NCBI GenBank assembly: GCA_047495785.1
Contig: JBLDXI010000073.1
Span: forward strand, 62,001-126,000
Length of the DNA stretch: 64,000 nucleotides
Direction of reading: 5' to 3'
Source of the DNA: Lepidodermella squamata
Taxonomy: Eukaryota > Animalia > Gastrotricha
Part shown: one piece after another, positions 11,513 through 24,763 of the stretch
Numbering within the stretch: position 1 is the first letter of the stretch
Layout of the letters: each line of letters opens with the position of its first letter
Notes under the pieces: generated by a model
Told to the model about the DNA's origin: nothing
The model's database searches: none
Seen by the model: the letters and a program-made list of their open reading frames with translations, nothing else
Translations under genes and position numbers: made by a program

Positions 11513-14018
11513 ATGATCATTCTAATTTCGATTCTGATGGTGCTTTTGATTGACGGGGTGTGCTGCGACGACTGGGTTCGTTGCTACTCGCAATTCGACG
11601 ACAGATTCACTGATTGCCGCAAATCACCCAACGGCTGTTACCAATTACGAGAATACCAAGTAAAAACTGATAACTTACTTGTTCAGAAATTATAATTTTA
11701 ATTGCCTATAGTTCGGGAGCAAACTGCCAGACCAAACTACTTGCTTACAGGCGGTAAATTTGTCCTGATTATCCTGATTTTTACAAGTAATTTCAAACCG
11801 CAGACGGCGAGATTGTGTTACAAGCTATCGACCTACGTAGCGACTTGCCGAACGGGCAGTCCCGGATGTGGGAAAACAACTGAAATAATGGTTAGTTAAC
11901 TCATTTCATTTGAAAATTGTTCTCTCTTAAATTGAAATAATCAATTTCGAGATTTTCAAATTTTAATTTTAATTTTGATTTTTGTTTTCATGTTCTGAAA
12001 ATTAAAAAATAAACATCAGAAAAATTTCAAGACAAAGTGGGCTTGGGAATAAGGTGGCTAATCTGTTAGAGATGCTCGAGATGACATGTTGTGTTTGTTT
12101 AAACATTCCAGGTAGGAAACTCGTACAATGGATTGATCCCGCTGAGGCTGAATATGGCGAGTTGTTCCGCAGATCTCAATTCATTTCCAGTATATATTTG
12201 CCTAATCACGATACCTGTGGATGAAATATATTTTCAAATTACAGAATTTGAAATTCGACGCGTGTGTTGATTTGGCCCAGCAATTTTTAACCTGTGTTCC
12301 TAACAATTCTTCATGTCCGACTAATACGGTAATTATTAAAGTAATAATCATTTTGCAATTATAATTTTCCACAATTTATCAGACAAAATCTTCGGTAGGA
12401 ATCTCGAGCTTGGACGCCTGTCTCCGAAAATTCAGTGGTGAGGTTTTCGTTACATTTACTTAGTGACGGGCATTTCTTCGTACAGGAAAATTCCTGTGTT
12501 ATAATTTGAATTTTTTTCATTTTCAGCCGAAAATGCTGACTCAGTGAAGCCCCACATTCGTTGTTTCAATGCTGTCACTCGTGAATTTACTGCCTGCCGT
12601 TTGAGCACATCTCGTTGCCTAGCTAATGAAACCGACGAATTTTCCAGTGGTGTCTACAGGAACAAGCCAAACTGCTTAGCTTGGGTAAGAACCGATTGCG
12701 CGAATTGCGATCGATTGATGTCAGATTTTTTATTCGCAAATTGCGAAGCTTAGATACCACTGAGATTTGTTTATATTTCATGGAGCAAACCTGGCATGAT
12801 CCCAGATACATTTTTTGAATGATTTAGAATTTATGAATCGTTTTTTTTGTTTTCTATCGCCTATCGATCAATTCTTCACTTCTTTTCCAGAATGCTGCTC
12901 AGTGTGAATCACCGGACGGCAAGAGGTGCTACAACGTCTGCCCAAGCGGATCAACAATGGTAAGAAAATAATCGAAAGCTCCCTTGTTCAATGATGACCA
13001 GTAATTATGAAAATTAGGTCAAGACTTATTCAAATTCGACAAAATTTGCTGAAAACCACGCAGAATGCTTGGCTGAGTTGGCCCCAGCCGAATCGCGATA
13101 CTTTCTGATTACAGCTAAAGGCTACTTTCAAGAGCAACTAAGAGCGTGTGCGGCTGCTGGCGGGCGCCTTGCAACAATCTACTCGAAAGCTGATTACGAA
13201 GCGGCCGTTAACGCCGCAGGTGGTACAGTGGCTTACCTCGGACTAGTTGCTGATTTCAGGTGGGAAAACGGCAGTCTCGTTGACATGACGTCGCCGTTTT
13301 GGTCAGAAGATGGCTTACGGAACAATCGCCCCTGTAAGTATTAGCGGGAGTGTACGCGATTCATAACAAATTTATTCAAACGAAGGTCTGGCGCTCAGTA
13401 AAAGCGGCTTTTTCGACTGGACATGCACGGACGATCCAATGAAAGGCATTTGCGCTGGCGCTGTAAGTTTCACACAGTGCGCGAAGTAGGATCCTCAAAC
13501 TAGGGAGTATTTTCATCACCAAAGGTTTCGGGATTTCAAATTTTGGCAAACCTTTCCCCCCCGTTTTACAAATCACATCAATAACTATCCAAATCGTTCT
13601 CGCTCTTCTAGACCCTTGCGGATCTACAGCTCACCGCGGACGCGAGCGATTGGGCTACAGCTGCAAATGCTTGCAAAAGCCTTGGAAAATCGCTAGTCAC
13701 CATAATGGATCAGCAAACATTCAACGCTTCTTTGTCGCTTCTGGTCGATGACAGTGATCAGGTTTACATCGGCGCACAGCGTAATGAATCTAATCTCGAT
13801 ATGTACTCGTGGATAACTGGCGTGCCGCTTGACCGAACGCTATTAGATCTCGTGGATGAAGCTTCCGATAGCTTCCACTGTAAGACTTGAATGTTTTTCG
13901 AATATTCGAATTTAGAATTACGTCTTGATTTTTGATAGGTACGATACTATCGCTGGGGAAGGCATTCCGAGTTACCTGCGGCTATAGGGCCAGTGCCCTA
14001 TGCGAAAGAACCCAATGA
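11513..14018 (+). CDS. Cys-module / C-type lectin family, copy 3 (subfamily A, intact, 12 exons): signal peptide + five 4-Cys modules + two C-type lectin domains
   Basis: All 12 exons splice in frame with GT-AG borders, from MIILISILMVLLIDGVCCDDWVRC to ALCERTQ*. Lectin signatures ACAAAGGRLATI..AYLGL..FRWENGS and ACKSLGKSLVTI..VYIGAQ..YSWITG. Confidence 0.88.
13476..13532. mobile_element. Terminal fragment of the hAT-like element family also at 43376-43746
   Basis: CAGTGCGCGAAGTAGGATCCTCAAACTAGGGAGTATTTTC matches the reverse complement of 43707-43746. Confidence 0.65.
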
Positions 14019-14324
14019 TATATGTGATATCAGTTTTCGCCAGAACGTTTTCAGATTTATTTTGGTATGGGACTACTCCTTCTTCAATATTTATGGGTAA
14101 TCGCCTCGGATTGAGTAATGAGAAATTTCGAGGAAATTGCGTGAACTTGAATCAAGCTTTTGTGCGATCATTCCTATCTATCTTCATTCGATGATAACTC
14201 CAAGTATAATTATTTTTCTCAAGTTTTTCTGAGAATAAATCAAGTTTATGTTTGCAATTTTGTCAGTAATTCAAAAGCTGATTTTGATTTTTCGAAGTGG
14301 AACAAAATCTAATCCGAAAAAAAC

Positions 14325-14481
14325 AAAGAAATGGAAGCTACTTGCTACTAAAGATGTATAACAAGTTATCGATCCCGATGACTTGGTCGTTGTCATCATT
14401 TGTTTAGCAGTTTTCGTTGCAACCGTTGTTGTATCCTCAACTCCGGCAAAACTTTTTACAGTCTCAACTCTCGAAGTAATT
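14325..14481 (-). pseudogene. Relic of the 3' exon (Thr-rich tail / GPI signal) of a serine-protease paralog
   Basis: Aligns by eye with 19410-19560 (gatcc-gatga-ttgg-cgt-gt; gttgtatc..c-gcaaaactt; tc-actct-gaa). It has the same position and orientation relative to copy 3 as the protease tail has to copy 4. Confidence 0.6.
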
Positions 14482-14755
14482 GAAATATAATTTGAATTAA
14501 TCTGCGCGCATTTTGATATTGATTAAAATTTCTGTTTCTTCTTCATTTGACAAAGATTTGAAATTTCCTGTTCTCCGAGAATAATTCAAATTAAGATGAC
14601 TTTGCACTTTTTTCATTTCCAGATAATCGAAAAATAATTCACTGAGTTGGAATATCGAAATAAAATTTTCACTGACCTTGTTTACTGACCTGACGTGTGT
14701 TGGGTGCTTGTTATTCTTGATTTTGAATGGCGTCATCAGCTCCACGTGCCACACA

Positions 14756-15768
14756 CATAGACATAATTTAGGATAGACTGCCTACTCACGAGAAAAAAAC
14801 GGAACACCATGGGTCGCAGATGTTCAGCTGAATCATCAAAAATGCTCAAAATTTCGGTGGGAAAGTAAACAAAGAAGTTGATTTTTCTTCGATCGATTTC
14901 GTTTTATCAGCGCTGGTTCTCTCAATTTTGTTGATGGAACCAGGAAGAGAATTTTGAGAGGAACAAGATGGTTTTTTTTTCGTGAAATTTTTTCAAATTG
15001 GTCAAAATGCATTTTATAGTTTTTGAGCCTGCAAATAAAATGGAAAATCGGCAAGAAGGAAAGTGAAATTGAATCAATTGTTGACGAATCTAAATGCGGC
15101 TGGGCGTGAGCTATATTTTGAGCCCAGGTTTGACCTTCAACGAATTTTTACTGAATTTTAACAATTTTTTGAAGTTTTTCGATGGGAAAAACCATTACTT
15201 TTGCTTGTTAGCAAAACAGACACCAACAAACACGTGATTCATTCGCATGAATCTAAACCAGAAAAAAGCATGAACCTTGCGCATGAATCACATGTGTGGC
15301 CAAGATGGCCAAACCAAAAGTAATGCTGTTTCCCACCGAAAAACTTCAAAAAATTGTTAAAATTCAGTAAAAAATCATTGAAGGTCAAGCTTGGGCTCAG
15401 AAGAAAGCTAACGCCAAGCCGCGTTTAGAACCGTCGGCAACTGCTTCAATTTCCCTTTTAATCCTGTCGATTTTCGATTTTATTTGCAAGCTCAAAAACT
15501 TTAAAATTAATTTTCATCCATTACAAAAAATCCAAAAATAAAGAAAAAATAACCATCGTGTTCGTCGTAAAATTCTCTTCTAGGTACCATCAACAAACTT
15601 CAGAGAACCAGCGCTGATTTCAAAAAATCGATCGAAGAAAAATCAACTTCTTTGTTTACTTTCCCACCGAAATTTTGAGCATTTTAGATGATTCAGCTGA
15701 ACATCTGCGACCCATGGTGTTCCGCTCTTTTCTCGTGAGTAGGCAGTCTATCCTAAATTATGTCTATG
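14756..15768. mobile_element. 1-kb foldback DNA element with 8-bp TSD (hAT- or P-like)
   Basis: Termini CATAGACATAATTTAGGATAGACTGCC ... GGCAGTCTATCCTAAATTATGTCTATG, with inverted arms over most of the length. TSD GCCACACA at 14748-14755 and 15769-15776. Confidence 0.92.
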
Positions 15769-15790
15769 GCCACACATCATCAGCGTAGAG

Positions 15791-16440
15791 CAGTGGTTCT
15801 CAAACCCTGGCACGCGTGCCAATCGTGGCACTCCGAGAAAATTGATCGGCATGCGTGCCAAAACTGGCACGCAGAGGGTTTTGAGTGCGTGTGTTCCAAG
15901 AAGTAAGAAGAACCGTTCTATTCTCATTTTAAGAGGTGTTTGGACGTATTTTTGGGGAAATGCCTAAAAATTTCCTCGTTTAATTTGTTCGAATTTCAAT
16001 AACCTAAACTTCACAAATTAAAAATTAAAATTTAGCATGCTGTTTCGTCAATTTTGAGGGGTTTTGGAGCACGTATCAGCAGTAAATTTTCAAAATTTTC
16101 TCGCTTCGCTCCTTTTTTGTTTGAAATCCCAAGTCATCTGGGTAAAAAAACTTTTCAATTTCACTGGATCCAATCCACTTTTCAATCCAGGATCCAAGAT
16201 GGCACCCTGGCTTTATGAAATTTCTTCCATTCTTTTAGCTTGATAACCTATAGAAAATCAATTTAAACAACTAAACTGTCTTAACATCTTAACAAAATTA
16301 CCACACATTCCCAATTTTGCAACACAGAGAGTAGGGGGAACTATGCTTTATGGTATTAGCTGACAAATCTTGGAATGGCACGCGAGACCCATGGCGTGCC
16401 ACTTTTCTTGCACACCCTCGAAAAAGTTTGAGATCCACTG
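15791..16440. mobile_element. Non-autonomous hAT (Charlie-like) element
   Basis: CAGTGGTTCTCAAAC ... GTTTGAGATCCACTG. TSD GCGTAGAG (central TA) at 15783-15790 and 16441-16448; TGGCAC subterminal repeats. Confidence 0.9.
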
Positions 16441-16577
16441 GCGTAGAGGAGAATTTCGCTCGCGATCAGAATTTTCAGGCCATTTCATCTTTTTCATGAG
16501 GCATTATATTTGTTTCACGATTGCTGGATAATTTATAATCGCTATTTGATTTGATGGCTCTAGTGACTGGAATAAAG

Positions 16578-19114
16578 ATGATACCTCTAATTTTTGTGGC
16601 GCTGTTTATTCAAGCTGTGCGATGCGGTGATTGGGTCCGATGCTTCTCGCAATTCGACAACAAATTCACTGATTGCCGCGAATTTTCGACTGGTTGCCCT
16701 CGATTAAGCGAATATCAAGTTGAAGGCTTGCAATAATAAACGCAAACACAAATAACTATCATTTTTTTGCACAGGTTGGGACCAAATGGCCGGACCAAAC
16801 TACTTGCTTGAAAAGGGTAAGTTCGATCTTTTCATTCTATTAGATTACTTAAGCTTAATTCTGAATTTTAGACAGCTAGATTTTGCTACCAGTTATCGAC
16901 TTACGTAGCGACATGCCAAACGGGCAGTCCTGGATGTAAAAAGACGATGGAAATCATGGTTAGTTTACTGTTTCATCACACTTTTCCCGATTAGCCCCAT
17001 TTTTTGAGTTTTAAAAATGGATTTTTCTGATCGAGTGAAAATAAAATCAAAATTGATAATTATATAATGAATCATGTATTCATTTATTTATTTTATTTAA
17101 TGCTGAATAAACATTGGGATTTCTCAAAATTCTTCAAAATTCTGTCGCGATTTTTTCATTAATTTTCGTGTGACAATTTCAAAAAGAAATTCTAAAATTC
17201 TCGAAATTTCGAAATTCGAAGCTGTAAACATCAAATAACATTCATTTTTCCTGAGATGTCTTGTAACTGTCCGCGAATTGGGGATATATTCTGAAACTGA
17301 AAATGTAACAAAAAAATATAATTTTGCTAAGTTAGTTTTTAATTGTTTGAAAATCATAAGTTTGAGAAACCTGTTTAGATACATAATAGATCTTTCCAAT
17401 ATTTTAGATTGGGAAATCGTATAATGGATTGATCCCGTTGAGGCTGAATATGGCGAGTTGTTCAACAGATTTCAATGCATTCCCCGTAAAGGAATTGCCG
17501 GAACTTGTGTCCTTGAGGGTATAAAAATTCTCGTTGCAGAATGGAAAATTCGACGCATGTGTTGATTCGACGCAGCAATTTGTGACCTGCGTGCCCAGCA
17601 CTCTTTCATGTCCTAATAATTCGGTAAAAATTGCAGCAGAATAAATTGTTTCCATTAGAATTTTCTATCAATTTAGACGAAATCTACAACTTCTGTGGGA
17701 TTGTCAAGCTTGAAGACTTGTCTTCGAAAATTCAGCAGTAGGTTTACGAAAATATTTTCAAATGCTTCATTCTTCTATTCGTCCTTCAAAGGCGACAGTG
17801 CTGACCGACGAATTTTCCAGCGGTGTTTACAGGAACAGGCCGAACTGCTTATCATGGGTAATGCTTGTTAATTGTTGCCAGAAATTACGTGGAAGTTTAC
17901 CCACATCATTGATGAAAATTTTTCGATACGACAATTTTCGATCATATTTTTAACAGCATGTTGCTCAGTGTACGACGGCAAACGGCAAGAGGTGCTACAA
18001 CGTCTGTCCTAGCGGGTCAACAATGGTATGAATTTAGTAAACGCATTGGTGGCGCTCGCCAAGTAATTCTTGAATCATGTGAAGACTTATTCAAACTCGA
18101 CGAAAATCGGCTGAGTTGGCCCCAGCTGGATCTCGCTACTTTTTGACCACGACTACCGGCAACTTCCCTACTCTTTTGACAGCGTGCGCGGACGCTGGCG
18201 GGCGCCTGGCGACAATGTCATCGCAGGCTGATTTTGAGGACGCTAAAAATGCCACCGGAGCAGCACATATGTTTTCATCGGACTGGTTACTGCGTCCAGA
18301 TGGGCGAACGGCAGTCTTGTTGACACGAACTCAACTGGTATGCTCTTTACTACGTGAAAAAGTTGAAAAAGTCATAGGCGCGCCAAAACTGTGTTAGAAG
18401 ATGAGATCCTGCAATAGAGCAACCTTCAGAATTAGGCCGTACATGCTGAATTAGAGCTTTCTAGGAAATTGGGCTGTTAGGCGAAAACTTAGCCGATCTA
18501 GCTCAACTTTAGAAACGGCAAGCGAACTCACTTTTTAATTTGAATGAAAATGCTGCTGCATTATGCACGATGCACCGAGTTTTGCCTTCTCGCCGAATAT
18601 TTCCAGCTCGGCGAAATTATAACCACCTGGAAGAACGAAGGCAATGATTTTGAATTTTCACCTTGAAGGTCTGCCGTGTTTGGTTTTTGAAAGGGACTGC
18701 CGATTGCATTTTTCAAGAGCGACTAAAGAGCTTGCGATGAGACTGAATTCCAGGCGTTACGATCTCTCTTGACGGATTCCCTTCTAAATTTCTTTGCGAG
18801 GGACGGGAACATTGAGTGATCTCAAAACAAATTGCAAATTTTTAAGTTTAAACTCGAAATTGATTAAATTCTATTTGCATGCATCGTAATGATTCAGATT
18901 TCAATACGTACACTTGGATAACTGGCGTGCCCTTCAACTCGACTGTTCAATTTCGTCAATGAAGCTTCCGATCTTTATCCATGTAAGGCATGAAATTGTT
19001 CAATATGTTCGACTTATTTTCTTGTTTTTATTAGGTGTAACCCTTGGGCGGGGTAACATATTCAGAACCAGCTGCGGCGATTATCGATACAATGGCCTAT
19101 GCGATCGTATCTAA
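16578..19114 (+). pseudogene. Cys-module / C-type lectin family, copy 4 (subfamily A, decayed)
   Basis: Exons 1-6 resemble copy 3. Exon 7 has a frameshifting internal deletion at ~17805, exon 9 has lost its acceptor and FAENHAEC, and the exon 10-11 region is largely replaced. The last exon ..TSCGDYRYNGLCDRI* remains. Confidence 0.85.
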
Positions 19115-19402
19115 TAAACATCTACCAATATGTCAATGCTACATTGATATTCAGATTTATTAAACAGTTAATTTCTCTTTCAATATTTGACTCATATTCC
19201 GTGTGGTCCTCTTCTTAAATTATGGATCTAACGATAGATTCATCTGATACGCCTGATTGCTCTTAAAGCTCATTATCCCGCCATTATTTCTCTCATGTTT
19301 TCGCGAATAAATCGACACTTTACTGCTTATGAACCGCAATGCTGGAAATTGGAGATTACGAATAATTTTGATTTATTAATTGTTATGCCTGACAAAGTCT
19401 AG

Positions 19403-20906
19403 CTAATGCCAAAGAAGCAGAGAAACTAGAAATAATTGCGGAAACGCAACAAGTGAAAAATCAGTTTTAGATCCGGATGATTTGGCCGTAGTAACTGCTT
19501 GTGTTACTGCTGTTGTATCAACGCCAGCAAAACTTGTTGTTATCTCTACTCTGGAAATCGTTGTATTCTCAACAGGTAGAAGGGTAGTTGTTGGCAGCTC
19601 AGTCGAGGCCGCGGTTGTTTCTACAGGCCGAGCAGATGTGGCTTCAGTTGTAGTGCTTTCCATGACGGTTGGAGCTTGAGTCTGGATTCTCGCGACAGTC
19701 GTGCTTTCCGCTGAATTAGCCGTTGTCGTAGGAACCACTGTTGTTGATTCCATCAAAGTTTGAGCCTTCGTTTCCATTCTAGTCATTGTTGTGCTTTCAG
19801 GTGATTTTGTAGTCGAAATGGTCGTCGGGATAATTGTAGACGCTCTCGCCGTAGATTGAGCTATTCAAATATTCAATATAGCTTATACTGGGATTAAACG
19901 ATCTTATTGTAACAAAATTTCAGAAAAAGGCTAGCAGAACGTAAATTTTCGGAAATTGCTCACCTGTTGTCGAGGTTGGATTCAGCCAAGATTGGATCCA
20001 GTTGAGAACCGACCCGCAGATTCTCGTGTAGACCGCAGCTTGCGACTCGAACTTACTGCACAACGTCGCTCCAATTGAAACAATACCAACCTGGTAGTAG
20101 GACGTCAGATCATCGGGCAGAGAGCAAACGAGCGGCCCTCCAGAATCGCCGCGGCACGTATCTTCACCAGGCACATCGCCAGCACAAAATTTCTCGGTAG
20201 AAAACGGGATCGAGTTATTCAAGGACCTCAAACATCGTTGAAACGGAACAAGGTCTAGACGTAATTTCTGGAGATTTGCAGAAGGTACGGTATCCGTGCC
20301 ATCAGTCAAACCCCAGCCCATGGCTGTTACGTAACTACAACCATCGAAACCATCTGAATTAATGCTGTAATCTCGACTGCATTGGGTCGCATTTGGCAGA
20401 ACTTGGATTTGCACAGTTCTCGATATTTCGACTGGTCTAGCCAATCGAATCAGAGCTACGTCGAACTGCTTCGAAGTTCGGTTGTATTGAGGGTGGGGTA
20501 TGATAGCTTCGGACGCGATTTCTTGCCCACCTGTCTCGGATGCTAGCTTCACGTTGTGCCGGCCTAAAAAGACCTGGACTAATTTGGCGTTTTCCAGCAG
20601 GCGATTGAACTTGTTCTCGACCCTAGCAACGCAATGAGCTGCTGTTAGGACCCATCGATCTCCTATTACAGCGCCGCCGCAGAACCCTGAGACGTAATTA
20701 TTAGTTGGTAGCGTGATTTTGAGGTAGGCCAGCCATGGGAATTCGTTAGGTTTCGCTTCAACGCCGCCAACAATTGGTAGGTATTTCGGTTTGAAGGTCG
20801 TTGAAATTTTGGCTGCGGTTGTAGTCGGGAAAACGACTTTACCCGGCCTGGTTTGTGCTGAGATGCAGCTGAATAGTAGGCACGCGACTGTGAATAGAAG
20901 AATCAT
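19403..20906 (-). CDS. Trypsin-like (S1A) serine protease with Ser/Thr-rich stalk and probable GPI signal; exons 20906-19964 and 19860-19403
   Basis: Signal peptide from ATG 20906 (the ORF track start at 20918 is GTG). Motifs IVGG, TAAHC, DVALI and DTCRGDSGGP. A phase-1 GT-AG intron joins in frame to the Thr-rich ORF ending SSGSKTDFSLVAFPQLFLVSLLLWH*. Confidence 0.93.
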
Positions 20907-21636
20907 AATAAATTTCACGTTTAATACGAAAAAATTATGAATGAGTAGTAATAAGATTTCTTAAGGTATATAATACGTGTATCGTGCCTTTTTTCTTTCA
21001 AGAGCTTAAAGTTATAACGCAGGGATGATAATTTGTATCTCATTCAAACTCGTGACGTGAAAGTTAATCTGCCTATGCAATGGTGTTGTTTAGTTGTGAG
21101 AATTTTTGAAAATAATCTGAAATTAAATATCACATAACGTAATACGATCCTAGCCTCAGAGGCCCTCTAATGATATGGAAATGTGGAGAAGGGAATTTTA
21201 CGGAATATTAGGGAATATTTCCGCTTTATTTTGTTATTTATGTCCTCGCAGCAAAATTTTCCAATTTTTATTTTTGATTTTTCAATTTTAAGTATTTAGG
21301 GTAATTCTAATTTTTCCATCATAATTTGTTAAAATTTATATTTAATTTTTTTTATTTTTATTTTTCCTCTTTTTTTGGTTTCACCACTGAATCTCTAATG
21401 ATTATCGGTGCTTCATATCTGTGTAACCATTATTTATAAAAAAATTATAAACCTTGCATCGCAATATACCTTGTGTGATTGTATAAGGCTCGAAGCTGTT
21501 AAAACTGACACTTCACTTTGAGAAATATAGCAAGCGAGTGGGTAATTATCTCAGGTGAGAAAACTACGCGAGTAACATGCCAGCTTTGAAGTAATATTGC
21601 AAGCGCACTCTCATCATAAAAAATCTCAAAAATACA

Positions 21637-24600
21637 ATGAGCCTAGAATTTGCCCACACTTTACTTTTTATTATCTCTGCCATCGCTTCCGTGGATTATG
21701 CTCAATCCTGTTTGTTCCAGCCGCCCCCTGATCTCGGCTATGCCCCGACCATGGAGAAGATGTTCGCCTTCTCTCGGTGTATACTCCCTAACGGGGACAG
21801 AGCATGCCGTTTGGCTCCGAAATGCCAGGATGGTGAGATGAAATACCCGAACACCTACTTCGCCTCAGAATCTGCCTGCATGAACTACACCTCGCGAAAA
21901 TTATGCTACGACTTCGCGTCGAGTGACACCGATAACGCTAGTTACGTCGGAGATTGCGTCGACGATACTAAACCCTGTCTGAAACCTGGGAAATTCGAGA
22001 GTTTAACGCCGTTCAGTGACGAATTCTGCTCAAGCTTTTCCGTCAATGGTTGGATTCGATGTATCACCGCAAATCAAACACCGACGACTATTAGGGTCAA
22101 GAAATGCCGGCCTCTCAATTACGGATGCGGGCCTGGAGAGAAGCAGTCGCCGAATTCTTTAACGGCTAGATCTTTGGTCTTTGCAGGAGTTTTGTCAGTC
22201 GTTTCGAGCTTCTTCGAGCAGTGCCAGGCTATGACTGTGAGTTTTCATTGAATTCTGATAATTTCTGAAGCTCAATCATTTTGCAAGAGAGATCCGCCCA
22301 AATCGCAATCATTTGTCAATTTTTAAAGAATTTAAATCGTATTGGGTCCAGATTTCTGAATTGTTTGTTACATTCTTGCCTTGGATTAGCCCAAAATCAA
22401 GTGTTACAACCCGGAGTTTGCTTTCATCACCACGCCCCAAAGTGGCATGACTTGCATCGACGACTACACAGGGTGTCTGCATCCTTATCGCATCGTCGCA
22501 TCTCACATTCTGTTCCCGAACCAAGACGCTTGTGCTTCCTATGTTGTGGTAAGCTATGAATTCCTTGACGTGCTTTCTTCTCAGAATCAATCGGCTACCT
22601 TGCTAGACCCAATGGCAGCGATGTGTTACGTCTGGTATCGCGAAATGTGTACCATACGACGTCAACTCCCTGAAAACGTGCCCTGAAGCGAATTCACTAC
22701 AAGTTTGTTTAGGAAACCTTGAATAGCTCGACTTATACTTTATTTTATAATGTCCAGGTTCCAGCCAATTATCTTTTCCAGACCTATGAAATGTGTGCGG
22801 CATGGACTGAGGTTTGCTGAATCTGAATCGCTATACATTTTGAATTATCTGTCGATTTTTCAGCCGTTTGTTAGATGCTGGGATGATGTCAATAACCAAC
22901 TAGCACCAGGCGCTTCCTGCCTGCCCCAATCAATTGGATGCCCGAGCAGTTTCGTACAGGTACATCGATAGCGTCCGGCTGGAATCTCGATTTGTTGAGC
23001 TTTATTTCAGATCCCAAGCTGGACGTTTCAAACATTGCTAATGTGCCAGACTCAATATGCCCACGTAATCTACTTTAACTTGAGATTTTCCTTGAATACG
23101 TATGAAGAAATTGTTGTTAGACAAAATGGATCAAGTGCCAACCTCCGAATGCGATGGCCAAGTGCAGACCAGCTGATCCTGTGACGTATCCGAAATGTCC
23201 ACCAGGAGAATTTCAAGTTAAAACAAAAAAATTCCACATTTGAATATCGAAATGTTTCCCATTTCAAAATATCAGCAACCAAATGAAGTTTTCGCCTATC
23301 CATCAGCTGAATCCTGCTCCGCCGCTAATGTAAGTGAAACCAAACTGACCTTGTGAGGGTGACCTTTCAATTCTTTTTATTTTAGTCCGAATATGCGCTG
23401 TGTTTCGACAGTTTTTCGCTCACTGTAACGTGCCGAGCCGCTTCGGCTGGTGCATGCCCTTATCAAAATCCTCCTTTAATGGTAATTTATTAAAACCATC
23501 CGAACCTACTTTCTCTCGGGGAATTTTGTCCCATGAGAGACTCTTAATAAGGACTTCATCTATAGAAAGTCATCCCAGCTGATGGAAAGCAATTTTGGTC
23601 ATTCGAAGACTGCTCGGCCTACCCTCTGGTAAATAGATCCATTTTCCTCAAGAGGAGACCAGTTAGGAATAATTTGCTAATTGAGTATAGACCTACTTGA
23701 GGTGCGTTAACGTGATGGGATCGAACGGGGGAATTACGTCGACTCGACAATGCATCCCGTCCCTTCTCGCCATCTCGCCTTACATTGGCTGTTCAGCTCT
23801 CGTGCCCTACCTTCAATGGAAACAATCGCCTATCGACAAAATCTACGCTAATCTCACGACCTGCCTCAACGATGAAGTATAAGCTAAATTGCCAAGTTTT
23901 CTCTGAATTCAAGGAAATTCCGATGAATATTAGAGTTACGTTGCCTGCTACTCGTACGCAGCCAGTGTTTTGCAGTGCCAACCGGACAGCGTTGGTTGTA
24001 ATAGGATAGGACCCACCTGGCAGCAGCTCCCGACGACCAATTTCTTCCCTAGTCTCAGCGAATGTCTCTCATTCACTCCTGTAAGGCTATAAAGAACCGT
24101 CCATACATTTTCCGTGAAAATTTCCAATTTTTAGGCCGTGTTCAGAAGATGCACGAAACGATCAAATGGGGCGGTAACATGTCGACCGGATGTAACTGAG
24201 TGTTTCAATCCTGTTGATGAGGCTTCAAAGGAGTACCGAGTAATGATATTTTCCTAATCGAATGACTAAATGATATTCATCCTATTCCAGTCAACGGCGA
24301 CAAGTTTTACGACCATTCACTCTTGTCGGGATTCTGTCGAATTCTACTACTGCTACGACCCAGCGAACCCAACTTTGGTCAACTGCAAACCTGATGTCGA
24401 GGGATGCGGATCTTCGAAGCCTGTATGTTTTCGTTAGGATTCCTAGCTAGACTTGTTACCTTGCTTTTCCAGCTGAGAGAATTCGGCACTGGCAACGTTC
24501 GAACTTTCGCAAGCTTATCAACCTGTGCCAACTTCAATGCGGTTTGTTTTACGGCGTTTTGATGTAGCCCTGAATCACGAATCACGTAATCACGTAATCT

Positions 24601-24763
24601 GTTTTAGGGCCCGTGGCATCAATGTTTCAATCCAACCACAAATGCCACTGCTTGCAGGCCAAACAATGCCGACCTGGACTTCTTAAAACCTGGAATACCG
24701 GTTAGATGCCTGTTAAATGAATTTCCAAGTTCGCAGAGTTACTCTAATTCTAACTGTGCATAA
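21637..24763 (+). CDS. Secreted protein built of ~13 tandem 4-Cys modules (about 16 exons, phase-0 introns)
   Basis: Signal peptide, then repeats such as GWIRC..KCRPLNYGC..EQC, PFVRCW..SCLPQSIGC..FQTLLMC, SYVACY..QCQPDSVGC..FPSLSEC and EFYYCY..NCKPDVEGC..FASLSTC. Exons splice in frame with GT-AG; the exact 3' end is less certain. Confidence 0.82.

Noticed and set aside
22585-22686. Apparent frameshift and stop in exon 3 of the Cys-module gene
   Set aside because: Using the downstream acceptor tgctag|ACC (~22607) gives an in-frame module, TQWQRCVTSGIAKCVPY.
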